Source: Octopus sinensis
Lineage: Eukaryota
Direction of reading: 5' to 3'
Length of the DNA stretch: 64,000 nt
NCBI RefSeq assembly: GCF_006345805.1
Contig: NC_043015.1
Location: 11,160,001-11,224,000, forward strand
Of the stretch, positions 26,455 to 39,500 are shown piece by piece. Both the position numbers and the translations under genes were made by a program. Under the pieces are notes generated by a model, which searched no databases, had not been told where the DNA came from, and saw nothing but the letters and a program-made list of their open reading frames with translations. The number at the start of each line of letters is the position of its first letter. The stretch's first letter is position 1.

Positions 26455-26770
26455 GTGCTACGTCTGAACGGTGCTAACGTATGGATGTGAGTTTTGGACG
26501 ATAAAGATAATCATAGAGAAGAGACTCAAAGCTGCAAGACTCTGGTTTTATAGAAAAATGCTTAGAACCTGGTGGGTACAGAGGGTGATGAATGTGGAAG
26601 TGTTGAAGAAGATGAGAGTGAAGAGACAGTTGATAGATACTATCTGAGAAAGACAGTGGAGATTTGTTGGTCATTTTTTCGGAGAGGTTGACGGAATGGA
26701 GTGTTATATGGTGGAGACTGAGCTGGTGGGAGGGAGAAGAAGGGCCTGGGTGATGTTGCGGGAGACAGAT
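26455..26770 (+). mobile_element. RTE-clade LINE RT C-terminal fragment
   Basis: CYV*TVLTYGCEFWTIK..EKRLKAARLWFYRKML..V.NVEVLKKMRVKRQLIDTI*ERQWRFVGH. Confidence 0.85.
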
Positions 26771-26803
26771 ATAAATGGAGGAAAAACAAGAAAGAGAGAG
26801 AGT

Positions 26804-26847
<44 letters not shown>

Positions 26848-28083
26848 AAGAGAGATTTAAACAGTCTTTTAGTCGTAAAAGAGGACTGGAGAAAGAACAC
26901 CATAAAGCAAAGACGTGTGGTTAAGAATCCCGTTTGCAATCAGTTTACTTTTGCATGAGTTTGATAATAGTAAACTACGAGGAAAACTAACGTACATGTA
27001 TGTATATTCGAATAAAAGTGAGTGATAGAATATGTACCAGATTTAAAAATAAATACTTAGGTCACTCTTTCCACTAAGATGGTGACTCTACATAAATAAC
27101 GTTATGCACTCACAACCCGCCTTATCTTTAATATAAATTCAGCCAATAATATCAATGTGTTCTTAGATACATCAATATAGAAATAAGAAATAACACATGC
27201 AACACGTTTCTATTCAAGAAATTGCTGATATACTTTATGTTTCATATATAGAGTGGGTGTTCCTATAGATATAACATATCCATAGACAAAATCCCTACTT
27301 AGACTAGCTTTTAAATATTCATAAGACGAACAAGAGCTAAATAAGAAATCCTATGTGTAAAACAAACATAAGTTACCATTAAATATGCAGAAAAACTCAT
27401 ACAGATATAATCAATTGTATTCACACAGGTGCAGCGCCTATCAAAGATAACCCTCTAAGTAGTATTGTAAACTACTTGAACCAAGAGCACCGAAAATACA
27501 TCAAACTCATGGTACACCTATTATATACCGCCATATATTAATGCATTTATCCATTCTGTGTTAGGAAACACATAAAAGGAACAATTTTAAAAGAAAGCAG
27601 AAAAATGTATTATAACAATTCAAAGAAACTAAATGTTATAATATGTTACATTGAAAGCAGAATCAAAATCCTTATTTATACGATAGTGTGAACCAACACA
27701 AAACGTTCTTGACATTGAAAGCGTAATACATAAATTCTAATGCAAATATGAAGGATGTAAACTTCTTGTATCACGCTGCTACATTGAAGAGTCAACTATA
27801 ACACTCGCTTGTCGCTAGATCATATATTTATAGTAAGAAACCGTATCAACCTATAGCGATAACATATATTTTCAACACAATTAGATATGAAAATAGGAAT
27901 TATCATAAATATATTTCTATTTAGAATTCCACAAAAAAAAGATGAAACGAGCATGTATGGAGGTTTCGAAAATATAAACCAAATAGCAACAAAACAAAAT
28001 ATATGTGCATGCGTATGTAAGTACATAGGTATGTATCTGTAAGGTCACACACTCACATACACAAACATCTATGTTTATATCGT

Positions 28084-28086
<3 letters not shown>

Positions 28087-28114
<28 letters not shown>

Positions 28115-28320
28115 GTTTAACGTCCGCTTTCCGCGCTAGCACGGGTTGGACGGTTCGACCGGGTCTGGGAAGCCAGGGGCCGCTCCAGGCTCCAGTCTGA
28201 ATCTGGCAGAGTTTCTACGGCTGGATGCCCTTCCTAACGCCAACCACTCCGTGAGTGGATTGGGTGCTTTTTACGTGCCACCTGCACAGGGGCCGGAGGG
28301 TCCGGCATCGTCACGATCTA
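28087..28320 (-). mobile_element. RTE-type retroposon 3' end with (ATG)n tail
   Basis: (catcat)n-cgtttaacgtccgctttcc...ggatgcccttcctaacgccaacc, a typical RTE-LINE/SINE 3' terminus. Confidence 0.7.
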
Positions 28321-28442
28321 TTCATTTATTTCTCTTCGTATACATCTTACTACATATCTTTCTCTCTCTCTCTCTCCCTCATTATCTATGTATCTAAGTA
28401 TCTATCTATCTATCTATATATCTATATATCTATCTATTAATC

Positions 28443-28501
<59 letters not shown>

Positions 28502-28593
28502 ATATGTATATAAACAATTGTAGCGTGGACGGTGTTTGTAAGCCATTTAAGAAACGCAAAAACCGTTCGATTCACTCCAACATTTAAATTTAA

Positions 28594-28644
28594 TTTGTCA
28601 AAATATTTTCGTCGCTTTGAGACCGCGACCTGTTCACTGACAAA
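28594..28644 (-). ncRNA. Hammerhead-like motif with swapped G3-C8 core pair (copy 1)
   Basis: Minus: TTTGTCA GTGAACA G GTCGC-GGTCTCAAA-GCGAC GAAA ATAT TT TGACAAA; lies in a repeat (28510-28645) also present at 63415-63550. Confidence 0.6.
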
Positions 28645-28840
28645 ATTATATATATATATATACTCGAATATCGGAGTTCCAGACTAGTATACTTTATTAA
28701 TAAAGCTGCAAAGACATCACAAAAACTGTTACACAGAGTTTCAGGTTCCCGAGCGATGGACAGTTTGTCCACCGAACGGAAATCTGAAACTCCGAGTAAC
28801 AGTATTTGTGATGTATTTGCATCTTTATTTGTATATATAC

Positions 28841-29163
28841 GTGATTTAGTGGTTAGGGCATTCGGCTCACGATTGTAAGGTCGTGTGTTCAATTCCCGGC
28901 GACGCGTTGTGTTCTTGAGCAAGACACTTTATTTCACTTTATTTCACTTTGTTCCAGTCCACTCAGCTGGCAAAAATGAGTAGTATCTGTATTTCAAAAG
29001 GGCCGGCCTTGTCACACTTTGTGTCAAGCTGAATTTTCCTGAGAACTACGTTAGGGGTACGCGTGTCTGTGGATTCCTCAGTCACTTGCACGTAAATTTC
29101 ACGAGCAGGGTGTTCCGTTGATCGTATCAGCTGGGACCCTCGTCGTCGTAACCGATGGAATGC
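28841..29163 (+). mobile_element. tRNA-headed SINE family C (CORE-like GTGTTCTTGAGCAAGACACTT domain)
   Basis: TAGTGGTTAGG..GTTCAATTCC head; homologous copies at 34141-34514 (-) and 38864-38968 (-). Confidence 0.85.
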
Positions 29164-29184
29164 TTATATGTATATATATATATA

Positions 29185-29335
29185 TATTTATATATGACGG
29201 GCTGGCTTCTTTCACTTTCCGTCAACTAAATGCATTCACAAGGCTTTGGTCGGCCGACGATATAGTAGAAGACATTTGCCCAAGGTGCCACGCAATGGGA
29301 CTTAATCCGGAACCATGCGTTTAGGAAGAAAGCTT
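29185..29335 (-). mobile_element. SINE family A, 5' half, diverged
   Basis: gacgggctggcttctttcactttccgtc...gacatttgcccaaggtgccacgcaatgggacttaatccggaacc. Confidence 0.8.
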
Positions 29336-29569
29336 CTTTATTTCATAAAATTGGCTATGCAGCCTTACAAAAATGAAGAAGCTGCGGGTTGGACAAAGAC
29401 ACAATGATAATGGAATGAAAAAAAATGGTTGGTGTGAGAAGCAGACAACACCCGCCGATTGTTGCTTTTCGAATACATTGTTCCCTTTTTGCCCAACAAA
29501 ACAAAAATGTGGTATTGAACCTCTTACCTCAATTCAAAGAATGAACGCAATCGTCCTTAGAAATTGAGG

Positions 29570-31150
29570 CACTGAGCCTCTTACCTTTCCTACACGATTG
29601 CCACCCGCAGGCAATCCTGCAGTCCCAAGCCGGGGCTCCAAAAACGAAACCTATATTGGTCATTTGGAGAGGTGTCCACCCTGAACATATGATCCTACAT
29701 TATGACCTTCGCAGTTACCTACGGAGGCTAAAGCGAGTCTTCAGTCCAGGGCAGGATCCCTTCCCTTCAGCACCCTAGCTTCTTCACAAAGCTCTGTACA
29801 GCTCTTCCCCGACGAAAGAAGATCACAAAAACATCTTTCATCACACTGGGAGGGGCCAGAGTTTCCTACATCGGTGGCACAATTTCCACCGACGAGGTTT
29901 CAGGTACTACTAACCGCCGGCAATGTCTCATTCTTCGTCCGTCTTTTTCATTTTGTCTCCCTTGTTCTACGGGAGGGTACAGTACCCCCGTTTTATCCGG
30001 AGGATCTTTCCTCATTCCCGCAGCTTTCGGGTCCTTCGGTGGGCAATCATTACTGCCCACCTTCTTTTTATCCTTTTTTCGGGGAAGTCTCCACCTCCTC
30101 GACTGCCTTCCTCTCTCCCTCCAAACGAGGAGGGGGTCGCTACATTTATTAACTGCTCCAGGCCCCTACTTTGGTCCTGAGGATAGTTCTTCTTAATATG
30201 ACCCGATTCCAGGCGCAGGTGATACTTAGGGATGCATCCCTCAAGTATCACTGGGTACCTGCAACCGTCTATTTTCAAAAAATCTGGAAATACCAGAACT
30301 TTAGCGGCTGATTGTGTCCATAGGGTCAAAACCGCTTTTGACCCCACCCAATCAGCCGCCGGCAACAATATCACATTTAAAACCTTGGGCCCGCTGCCAC
30401 CCAGACAGCGGTGGATAGTATCCCCAAACTATTCCGGTTCAATGCCCGGTGGCAGCCCGCAGACCCAAGCTCTTGTTAATTTCTTCCCACAATATGTGAG
30501 AAGAAACAGAATCCCTTGCCCATCTAAGGGCTGGCTCTCAAATTTGCGAGCCACCTCAGGGGTGTCAAACAGCAACCACACCGTTGGCAGATGTTCTGCC
30601 AACACTTTTTCTATCTTTGTCTTAGTAAAGACCCCGATGGTGTCGAGTGACTTAGAATAAGTCCTCAACAGCAATGTTTTTTCCTCCAAGTTTTTCAACC
30701 ATTGCTTGGGTATGATGATTTCCCACTCCAATGTTGTGTTCAATTTCTTCGCCATGCTTTGAAGAAAAAGTTCAGAAAAAAAACAAAAGTCCAAACAAAG
30801 TCAAATAGCAGTTCGAAGAAAGACAATGAAGAGCAGAAAGACAAAGAAGAGAAAAAGAAAGAAGGATGACAGTTCAAAACATGGCAACACACAATTCCGG
30901 CCAACCGGCACTCCTGGCCAACAGGTACTCAAAAAGTACTCCAGAAGTGAACATAGACACAGCAGCACATATGCATATGGATTACCATGCAGTCACGTAG
31001 AATGAACTCAAAGCCATAGAAGCCCTTCCTCCTGATCGATATGGATGGTGATCAAAAGTGTGTAATGGAGTGAAAGCTTCTGAGGAGGCCAGGATGATAT
31101 ATGCAAGACAGGAGAGATTTAACGAAGAATGTTGCGATCAACGAGAAACT
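29570..31150 (-). mobile_element. LINE-like element retaining the 5' region and a gag-like ORF1 (pseudogenised), no ORF2 seen
   Basis: ORFs 30429-30794 and 30012-30374 share a frame, separated by one stop (~250 aa together); a decayed CCHC knuckle KYHLRLESGHIKKNYP follows an RRM-like region, as in LINE ORF1 proteins. Confidence 0.6.
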
Positions 31151-31767
31151 GGATCTCAGCAACTTTTTTTGTGCACATTTTGTGCCTTTCTTTTGCTGTG
31201 CTCAAAACAAATTTACGGACCTATGAAAAGATGAACTTCAACCAAGCACTACGCCCGTATATCTGTGCACATCTTTCAATATTGAGTATGCCATGAGGTC
31301 TGCGAATCTAACGCAGGGCTCAAAAGATATTTTAAGATCCACAAAGATCAGAACTTAACTGCCGCTCTTGATGGTCCTGAACAGATATGCAATCTATGTG
31401 GGTGTCTTTTCAATACATTGTCTGATTCAAAAAGCTATATTAGATGCCAAGAGGGATCTTAGGTGTAAGTGCAAAAAGTGGTCACACTTTACATAAGGAG
31501 TAGACAACGACCATGCATGTATATATATATACATAGATACACACACATATATATGTGTGCGTGTGTGTGTGTGTGTGTGCATGTGTGGTGGGTCATGTAT
31601 GTTTGTATGAATGCACACATACATAACTACATTTGTGCAGAAGTTCCAAGGTAGATGAAAGAATGAACAACCACAAGGAACTTACCCGTAACGAAAATGT
31701 TAGAGGGCTTGCAAACAGAACCACGTGCGGGTTGATACATCACATACCTGCATACCTGCATACCTAC

Positions 31768-31971
31768 CTATTTCTTTATTACCTACAAGGGGCTAAACGC
31801 AGAGGGGACAAACAAGGACAGACATAGGTATTAAGTCGATTACATCGACCCCAGTGCGTAACTGGTACTTAATTTATCGACCCCGGCGGAATTTGAACTC
31901 ACAACGTAACGCAGACGAAATACCGCTAAGCATTTCGCCCGACACGCTAACGTTTCTGCCAGCTCGCCGCC
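31768..31971 (-). mobile_element. SINE family B
   Basis: Homology to 12890-13103 with a small internal deletion. Confidence 0.85.
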
Positions 31972-34140
31972 TTACCTATCTACCTACCTACATACCTATT
32001 TACCTACCTACATACATACATACATCTATACATACACACATACATACATACGTGCATGCATATATACATACATGCATACATACACACATACACATACATA
32101 CGATGTGCATACATTAAATGTGGAATATATGTATGCAAGCAACTGTCTATGTACATATAATGTAGCATGTGAAATCAGCCGGTATGAGAATATATAAAAT
32201 TGGAACAGATCGAAAAGTTATATAACGTAAACAAAGTCAACAAATTTGATATATAACTTGAGAGCGTGTATATTACAAAGTTACTTAGTTTATATTTGTT
32301 CTTATAAACAACTTATATCATTAGTTTTTATTTTTTTAAATGTATATATTTTATACTGTGGGTATAGCTTTTCTTGATATGATAGCATTGCGTTTAGATT
32401 TTGAATCTAAATTGATTACGTAATTTTGGAAAATTGCATCATTGGAAATATCTTTACCAATTACAAGAGTAATTCGATTGATATTAGTGAACAAAGCAAT
32501 AATTCCGAAGTATAACTGACTTAAATTACAGAGGATTTACTGTTGTCCTGTGCATTATTTAAATCGGATTTCAAACAAAATGGTACATAGAATGAAATCA
32601 TATTATGTTATATGTTTTTTTTTTCATCTAACTTTCAAATATACACATATGCATGCTTCCGCACATACATACATGCTTATTTATATAGTTTATGTAGATG
32701 AAAAAGGGAATACGTTTATGCAAACATAGATTTACTTGTGTGTTTTTGTCTGTGTGGTGGAGTATAGATGCAGACAGACGATGATTTTCTTTGCGTAAAT
32801 CGCAAAGTAATTTAATATGCACTCATCGAGTCTCTCTTGGAGTATACTATATAATATTACATAAATGTGTGAGTGTGTTTGAGGGTATGTGCGTGTAAGC
32901 ACGCGTGCGTATGTATGTACGTATGTATATGCGTGTATGTATGTACGTATGTACATGCGTGTATGTGTGAATATATTGTATGTGTATAAGTTTATGTTTA
33001 TATTCAGTAGCTGTAGTTGATTCAACATATATTCATACTTTCATTCAAAGTATAGCTTCACGCTACTATCTAGGAACTTTATAACATATCGGCATTCTGA
33101 AGTAAATGGAAAAGCGAAACATAGACTGGTGTCAGGTTAAGTAATATTTGATGTGGTTAAAACTAGTGGCTAAAAGCTCATAGCATGCATGCAAAGTCGA
33201 AATATCTTTGCAAATTGACTGTTTGTGAGTAGTTTATGATATAGTATTCTTTAGTTAATTCAGATTGAACAGTTCAAATTCCTTGATACTCGTATGAATC
33301 AATGGCGCAGAATTTATTACTGTCACCAGAAGATGATGAAAAATCCATTTCTTCGAGTTGGGGAACGGCAGTCACACATGGCTACATAAATAATGTATAT
33401 ACCCAATAACGATAGGTTTTACAGAGTTAACAATACAGCAAGTTTATGAGGTTGACTACGTTCGTGATTTATCATTTTTATTTATTTATCTTTTTTTTTT
33501 TGCATATTTGCTGTGAAAATGTTCTGATCTTCCAACGTGTACTGTCGTTTGGACGACGCAACCATAGTGTCCAGTTTAAGCAACATTTGTTTCTACGATT
33601 TGTGGCGTAATGGACAAAGTCTGTTTATCGTAATTACATGCCTTTCCCGCGCTAGTGGTGAAAATGGTAAGTTTCTTGTATGTTATTTTCCTAGATAGAG
33701 TACAGTTATTCTCTCAGATCTTAGCCGTTCCTTATACTGAAAGGACTTTTTGGCCTCGGATGTGCTCTTTGAGCGGATTATGTACGACTCTGGACGTCAG
33801 AGCGTGTAAATGTATCCTACATCAGTTGGACACCATTGAAATCTTATAGAAATTACTTGTGCTTGTGATCGTGAATGAAATTATTTCACGCTTCAATTAA
33901 GATAGAAGCCGTATTATTTAATCGTATTACTTATAATCAGTAAATCACAAGTATGTGATTTACTTATAGTTATCAACTGGAATTTTCCTAAATATCGTGG
34001 GTCATTAGAGTCTGAATTTAATGGAAGAATTAAAACTGCAATAGGAATGCTTTCAAATATATTGTAGCCACTTAAACTGTTATTCGTCCGAAAATCAAAT
34101 CGTATGTGTTAGTAGTAGGCGTTTTGATAAGTTAATTCGT

Positions 34141-34514
34141 GGCACTCCGTCGGTCACGATGACGAAGGTTCTAGTTGATCCGATCAATGGAACAGCTTGC
34201 TCGTAAAATTAACGTGCAAGTGGCTGAGAACTTCACAGACACAGGCCTTAAAGTAGTTCTCGGAGAAATTCAACGTGACACAGAGTGTGACAAAGCCGGC
34301 CGTTTGAAATACAGGTACAACAGAAACAGAAAGAAAGAGTGAGAGAAAGTTGTGGTGAAAGAATACAGTAGGGTTCACCACCACCCCCTACCGGAGCCTC
34401 GTGGAGCTTTAGGTGTTTTCGCTCAATAAACACTCACAACGCCCGGTCTGGGAATCGAAACCGCGATCCTATGTCCACGATCCGCTGTCCTGACCACTAG
34501 GCAATTGCGCCTCC
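34141..34514 (-). mobile_element. SINE family C
   Basis: Reverse-complement homology to the body of 28841-29163; head GGAGGCGCAATTGCCTAGTGGTCAGG. Confidence 0.85.
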
Positions 34515-35681
34515 GTACTGGTTAATAGAATAAAGGCATATAGCTCAAGTAGTCGTTTTTGAAAATACAGCATTACGAAAAACATTGAATATCTGTTTTG
34601 ACATTGAAGTAACCGACCTATATACAAGTCTATTTTTTAAATACATGTACTAGTCATGGTGTTTGATCAAATCCCTATCGGATAAATTTGCACTTGGCAC
34701 TAAAAAACTACACCAAATATGGCGTCCATGTAAACATAATTTTTGTTAAAGTGAAAAACTTTTTTAGTTTGCGTTGATTTTTGTAGTGTTTGTTCCAATA
34801 TATCATTCATTTCTCAGATTTTAAGCACCACCAGTGAGAAATTTTTATTGTCTCAATAATTTAAACTAGTTCTCAATAATTTTGACTAGTTCTTCAACTC
34901 ACTCTATCACATACGAGGAACACTTGTGAGTTTATATCTATTTGAATTCGAATTTTCGTTGATATTTGATATAAACTAAAGAAAAATCTGTTCTCTCCAC
35001 TAGAGGCGAACGACTGATATTTATGGGGAAGGTGTTAGTCGATTACATCGATGCTAGTGCTCAAGTGGTATTTATTATATCGAACCCAGTGAGATGAAAA
35101 GCGAAGTCGATGTCAGCAGAATTTTAACTTAAAACGCGTAAAGATAGGCAAGAAATACCACCGAGACAATTCAATGCGCTAACAATTCAACCAGTTCGCC
35201 GTTTTAAAGCCATAATATAAATAATATATTTTTAAATGTGTCGATACTTTCTACATATTTTTCATTCTCTTTGAATATTTACTGAAAAATAATGTATTTC
35301 CATACAGATACAGAAACAATACACGGTTATTCATTATATTTGCTGTAGTTGTTGCTGATGTTCAGACGAAGGTCAACTCTAATTGAGCAAATCTAAGATC
35401 AAAGGCCTTTCAAGACGTCTGCATTCTGTCTTAATTTTACGGCATAGTGGGTAGAAGGGTCTTGATATAATATTCATAGTGATAACTAATGTCAAGATGA
35501 TTGATTTCTTGACTGACAATTAAGTCATTAACTGATCGATTGATTTCGATTGTAGATAATGAGACAGATTTACACCTAGAAGCACCAAAATGTACAGTGA
35601 AGTGTAAAAACGAAAAGAGAAACAAGAACGTCAGACTGAGAAAGGATGTGTGGTGGTGCGTTTATGTGTGTATGTAAGTGC

Positions 35682-35738
<57 letters not shown>

Positions 35739-38595
35739 AATATAGATGTAGATAAAGACGTATATCGGGAGAGAGAGAGAGAGAGAGAGAGAGGGAGAAA
35801 GAGAGATTTATCAGTTCCTTCATAGATCGGTAGAAAGATACAGTCAAAATGAATACATAATTAAAAACGAATATAGATAAGTAGGTAGTTTATAATGCTA
35901 TTTGCTATACTCTAATTTACGTCAATATTTAAACATTATGCTCCAAGTCATTCCCAGAATGTGATATAATATATTTCTGTTCACAAATTATTTTCTTGTC
36001 CACCAAACAACAAATCTTTTATCATGATATAATGATATAATTTAATAAGTGTTCATTTATTCTACAGTTCTTAGCCGCCACCCATGCCGATAATGACTTC
36101 TCCACCTACAATCAGAAATGAGCCTCTAGAAATATCCACCAAATTCTATGACATTACACCGAGCACCTTGTAGAAAAATGAGACATTAGATAATATCATG
36201 TTTGATACAAAAAAATACGTGATGACCATGGCCAGAAGAGCTTTGATCATTGAACGATGCGATAGGAATTGACCTGGGGGTTGAACTACAACAACCGATG
36301 GAAAAGTATTATTAACCGAAGATTCGGTTCTAAACAATAACCTTCGTTCTTCTTTTAATTTAGTGCCACATGAAATATGCATTGCTCACATCAATTTCGA
36401 TAATCTATGATTAATACTGACATGATCTTTATCGGTGCAACTCGTCAATTATATAGCAATCTAGTTTACTATCAAAACACATCTTAAGAGAATTTATTTC
36501 CCCATTAACCCCTAGGGGGACATGGTTGTAGGTACTGTTACCTCTTCACTGTAATGAAATGACGAAGTAGAATTGGCGAGTTACATTAGATTAAACTTGC
36601 CTAGGAGAATGAATAAATACTCACCATGATTAAGAAAATAACAAAAAAGTATAACAAAATGAGAAATATAAAATAGCTAAGATAAAGATTTACTTCAACA
36701 TAGGCTTCTGTCGATATTCATACGGTGTGATTAATAACAGGTGGACCTGGTCAATATTGAAATGTCAAGGCAGCGGATGCAAGTGGTTTGTAATAGACTT
36801 TGTTATAGTACATACTCCAAAACTTTTAAGATTGCAAATAAATTTGTTGCAGCCTTTTATCGAATTCATAGCTTCTTACTTTAAATTAATCTCCAATATT
36901 GAAGGAATCACTCAACTTCATAATGTTTCTATTGAAATGGTATTCACTTAATAACACGAGATTCTCTGTTATCTGTTCTTTCCTTTAACCTTTTTGTAGT
37001 CTTTGGAAACTGAGATAAGTAGGTTTTTTTTTTCTTTCTCGTATTCGTTATTTTCTGAAAAGAGTTTTTTTTTTTGTTTGTTTTTTTTTCTTTCGCATAC
37101 GGATGGTATACAACACATTTCCAAATCGATTCAGAAGTTCGATAGTCACTGCAGTAATCGATAGGCAGCATATAGTCCATTAAATCGTCAATTGTTATTC
37201 TATATATTGTATTTTGTTTTCAGTTACACAACATATTTATTCACTCTCTATTATGTTGTCCCTTGAATGGGCAATTAAATAGAAGCCTAATAATACAGTA
37301 AAACGAAGAGCTCATTCTATCGCTCTTTCGATTTCCCTCACTTTCTCATTTTTTGTTGTTTATTTCGATATTATATGAAAGTAATAGGATACGAACTTAC
37401 AACACACATGTCGTGAAGGTGACATTTAATATAATTTCCCGATGACACAGCTGAATGACAGTTTCCGTTCACGAATTCTGTATTATTTACACACCGAAAC
37501 ACTAGCTAGTGTGTATAGAAGTATCTATTGATAAACGGCCAGTTCTATAGGGTAAGGGTTAACATTATAGTGACCCCAATCCTCTCCTCAGCTTCCAATT
37601 CGGTTTCTCGCTGCTTGCATTCATGTAATGGCAAAATCAGGTAGTTGCAACTCTCAACATCCTACAATTCGAGTTGTCGTTTTCTATTGAAATATTACAA
37701 AAAAGGTCGTTTTATCTTCTCTAAAGAATTAGAAAATGTTTGACATATTCCACACAGTTAGCGACTAGACTTGGAACACAAGTAAATGAAATTTCCCGAA
37801 ATTTGCTACCAATTCACTGGGGATTATGATGGTGATCATCATGAGGATGATGACGACGATATACACCAACAACAATTATTCTTTCTTACCTAGTTGCACG
37901 AACATCTGTTTTAAGTGAAGGGCCAAGAAGGTTACATTCTCCCCGGTGGTTTATTTTATCGACATCTGCAGAATAAAAGACAAATTTGTTTCCTGCGAAA
38001 TTTGAACCCAAATCGTAAGGAATCGAAAGCAAAGTGGTACAGTATTTTTATAAAGCGTTACCAATTATCTTCGGTTGTTGATAATTTGTGGTTCTTTATG
38101 GATTTTTTGAAATTTGAGGATTGTTGTAAAATTGGAAGATATCCTTTGGCCTAGTGTAAGATGTTATGGTATTCCTGATGATGGCTGACTACAAATAGCA
38201 TATTTATAATACATTTATGCCTTTCCATCATTAGGAGGTTTCCTCTCTAAAATATAAATTGGGATAGCTTTGGTTTTGGTTTTACTGGTACATCAGTTCC
38301 GAACGAATGCATTTAGTTATACATGTTATCTATATCGTCTATTTGGCTTCGTAACCGTTTAACATGTACGTCCTGCCATATTAAATTCGCTGTGCCTTTC
38401 AATGTATATAATGTGTGGCAAAATGAAAAATCTAAGTATTGATGGCTATCCGAGCATACGTAAAGGGTCCTTAGAATTTTTTTTGTTTTCAGGAAATTTC
38501 TAGCTTGTCATCTGTATTATCAACCCTCTCTGCGAATACGTAGGTAGATATACACCTCATGATTGCTTTTTTTTTCTTTATTTTTAGTCTCGCAC

Positions 38596-38752
38596 TTATT
38601 CTGCCAGTTCTTTTTCCCGAGGTGCTAAGTTACAGGGATATAAACAAACCAACATCGGTTTCCAAGTAGTGGGCAACAATCCAGATACAAGGATACACAC
38701 GCACATACACACAAACACATGTATATAATATCTGTGCATGTATGCATATATA

Positions 38753-38801
<49 letters not shown>

Positions 38802-38821
38802 ATATATACATATATATATGC

Positions 38822-38854
<33 letters not shown>

Positions 38855-39243
38855 CGTGCATCGTGGCACTCCGTCGCTTGCGACGACGAGGGTTGCAGTT
38901 GATCCGATTGTGGAATTAATGTGTAAGTAGGTGAGCACTTCAACGACACGTGGAGATTCAGTGTGACACATATATATATAAGAAATGGAAAACAATACAA
39001 TAAATTGAACAATTATAAATTCAATTCAATTTAAATATTTTATAGAAACGAATAACACATCTCATAAATTACAGCCATTTCCGCTCCATTAATAAAACGG
39101 AGTTTTTCAAAGTAATCAAATCCGTTTAAATTTGTAATGATTCTCCATCAGATAGACATATCTGCTTAAACATAAATATAAATCAGTAAATTCTTCGGAT
39201 ATTTAATATCCATTGTGTGTATTTTAAACCTATCTAAATTGTA

Positions 39244-39331
<88 letters not shown>

Positions 39332-39500
39332 GTGTGTGAGTGTATACAAGATGGGCTTCTTTCAGTTTCTATTTACCAACTGCCCTCACTAGGATTTTGT
39401 TTTCCCGAAATTATAGTAGAAAACTCTTCCCTACATGGATCCCGAACCATGAGGTTGTGAAGCAGACTTCTTACCACACAGCCAGACGACATAGGCTTTC
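38596..39500 (-). mobile_element. Diverged SINE family A split at its internal microsatellite (3' half 38596-38700, 5' half 39335-39500)
   Basis: Both halves are on the same strand, separated by (TA)n, a SINE C fragment and ~270 bp of other sequence. Confidence 0.6.

Noticed and set aside
33580-33666. Candidate exon ending in G/GTAAGT, phase-compatible with an acceptor at ~35557
   Set aside because: The joined peptide is unrecognisable; such splice motifs are expected by chance.
36146-36382. Hydrophobic ORF (RSMIKALLAMVITYFF) suggestive of a membrane protein
   Set aside because: Short, stop-bounded, with no family motif or clear splice sites.
38172-38232. CTGATGA inside a cctgatgatgg/ccatcattagg hairpin
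   Set aside because: No GAAA, stem III or NUH; simple imperfect inverted repeat.
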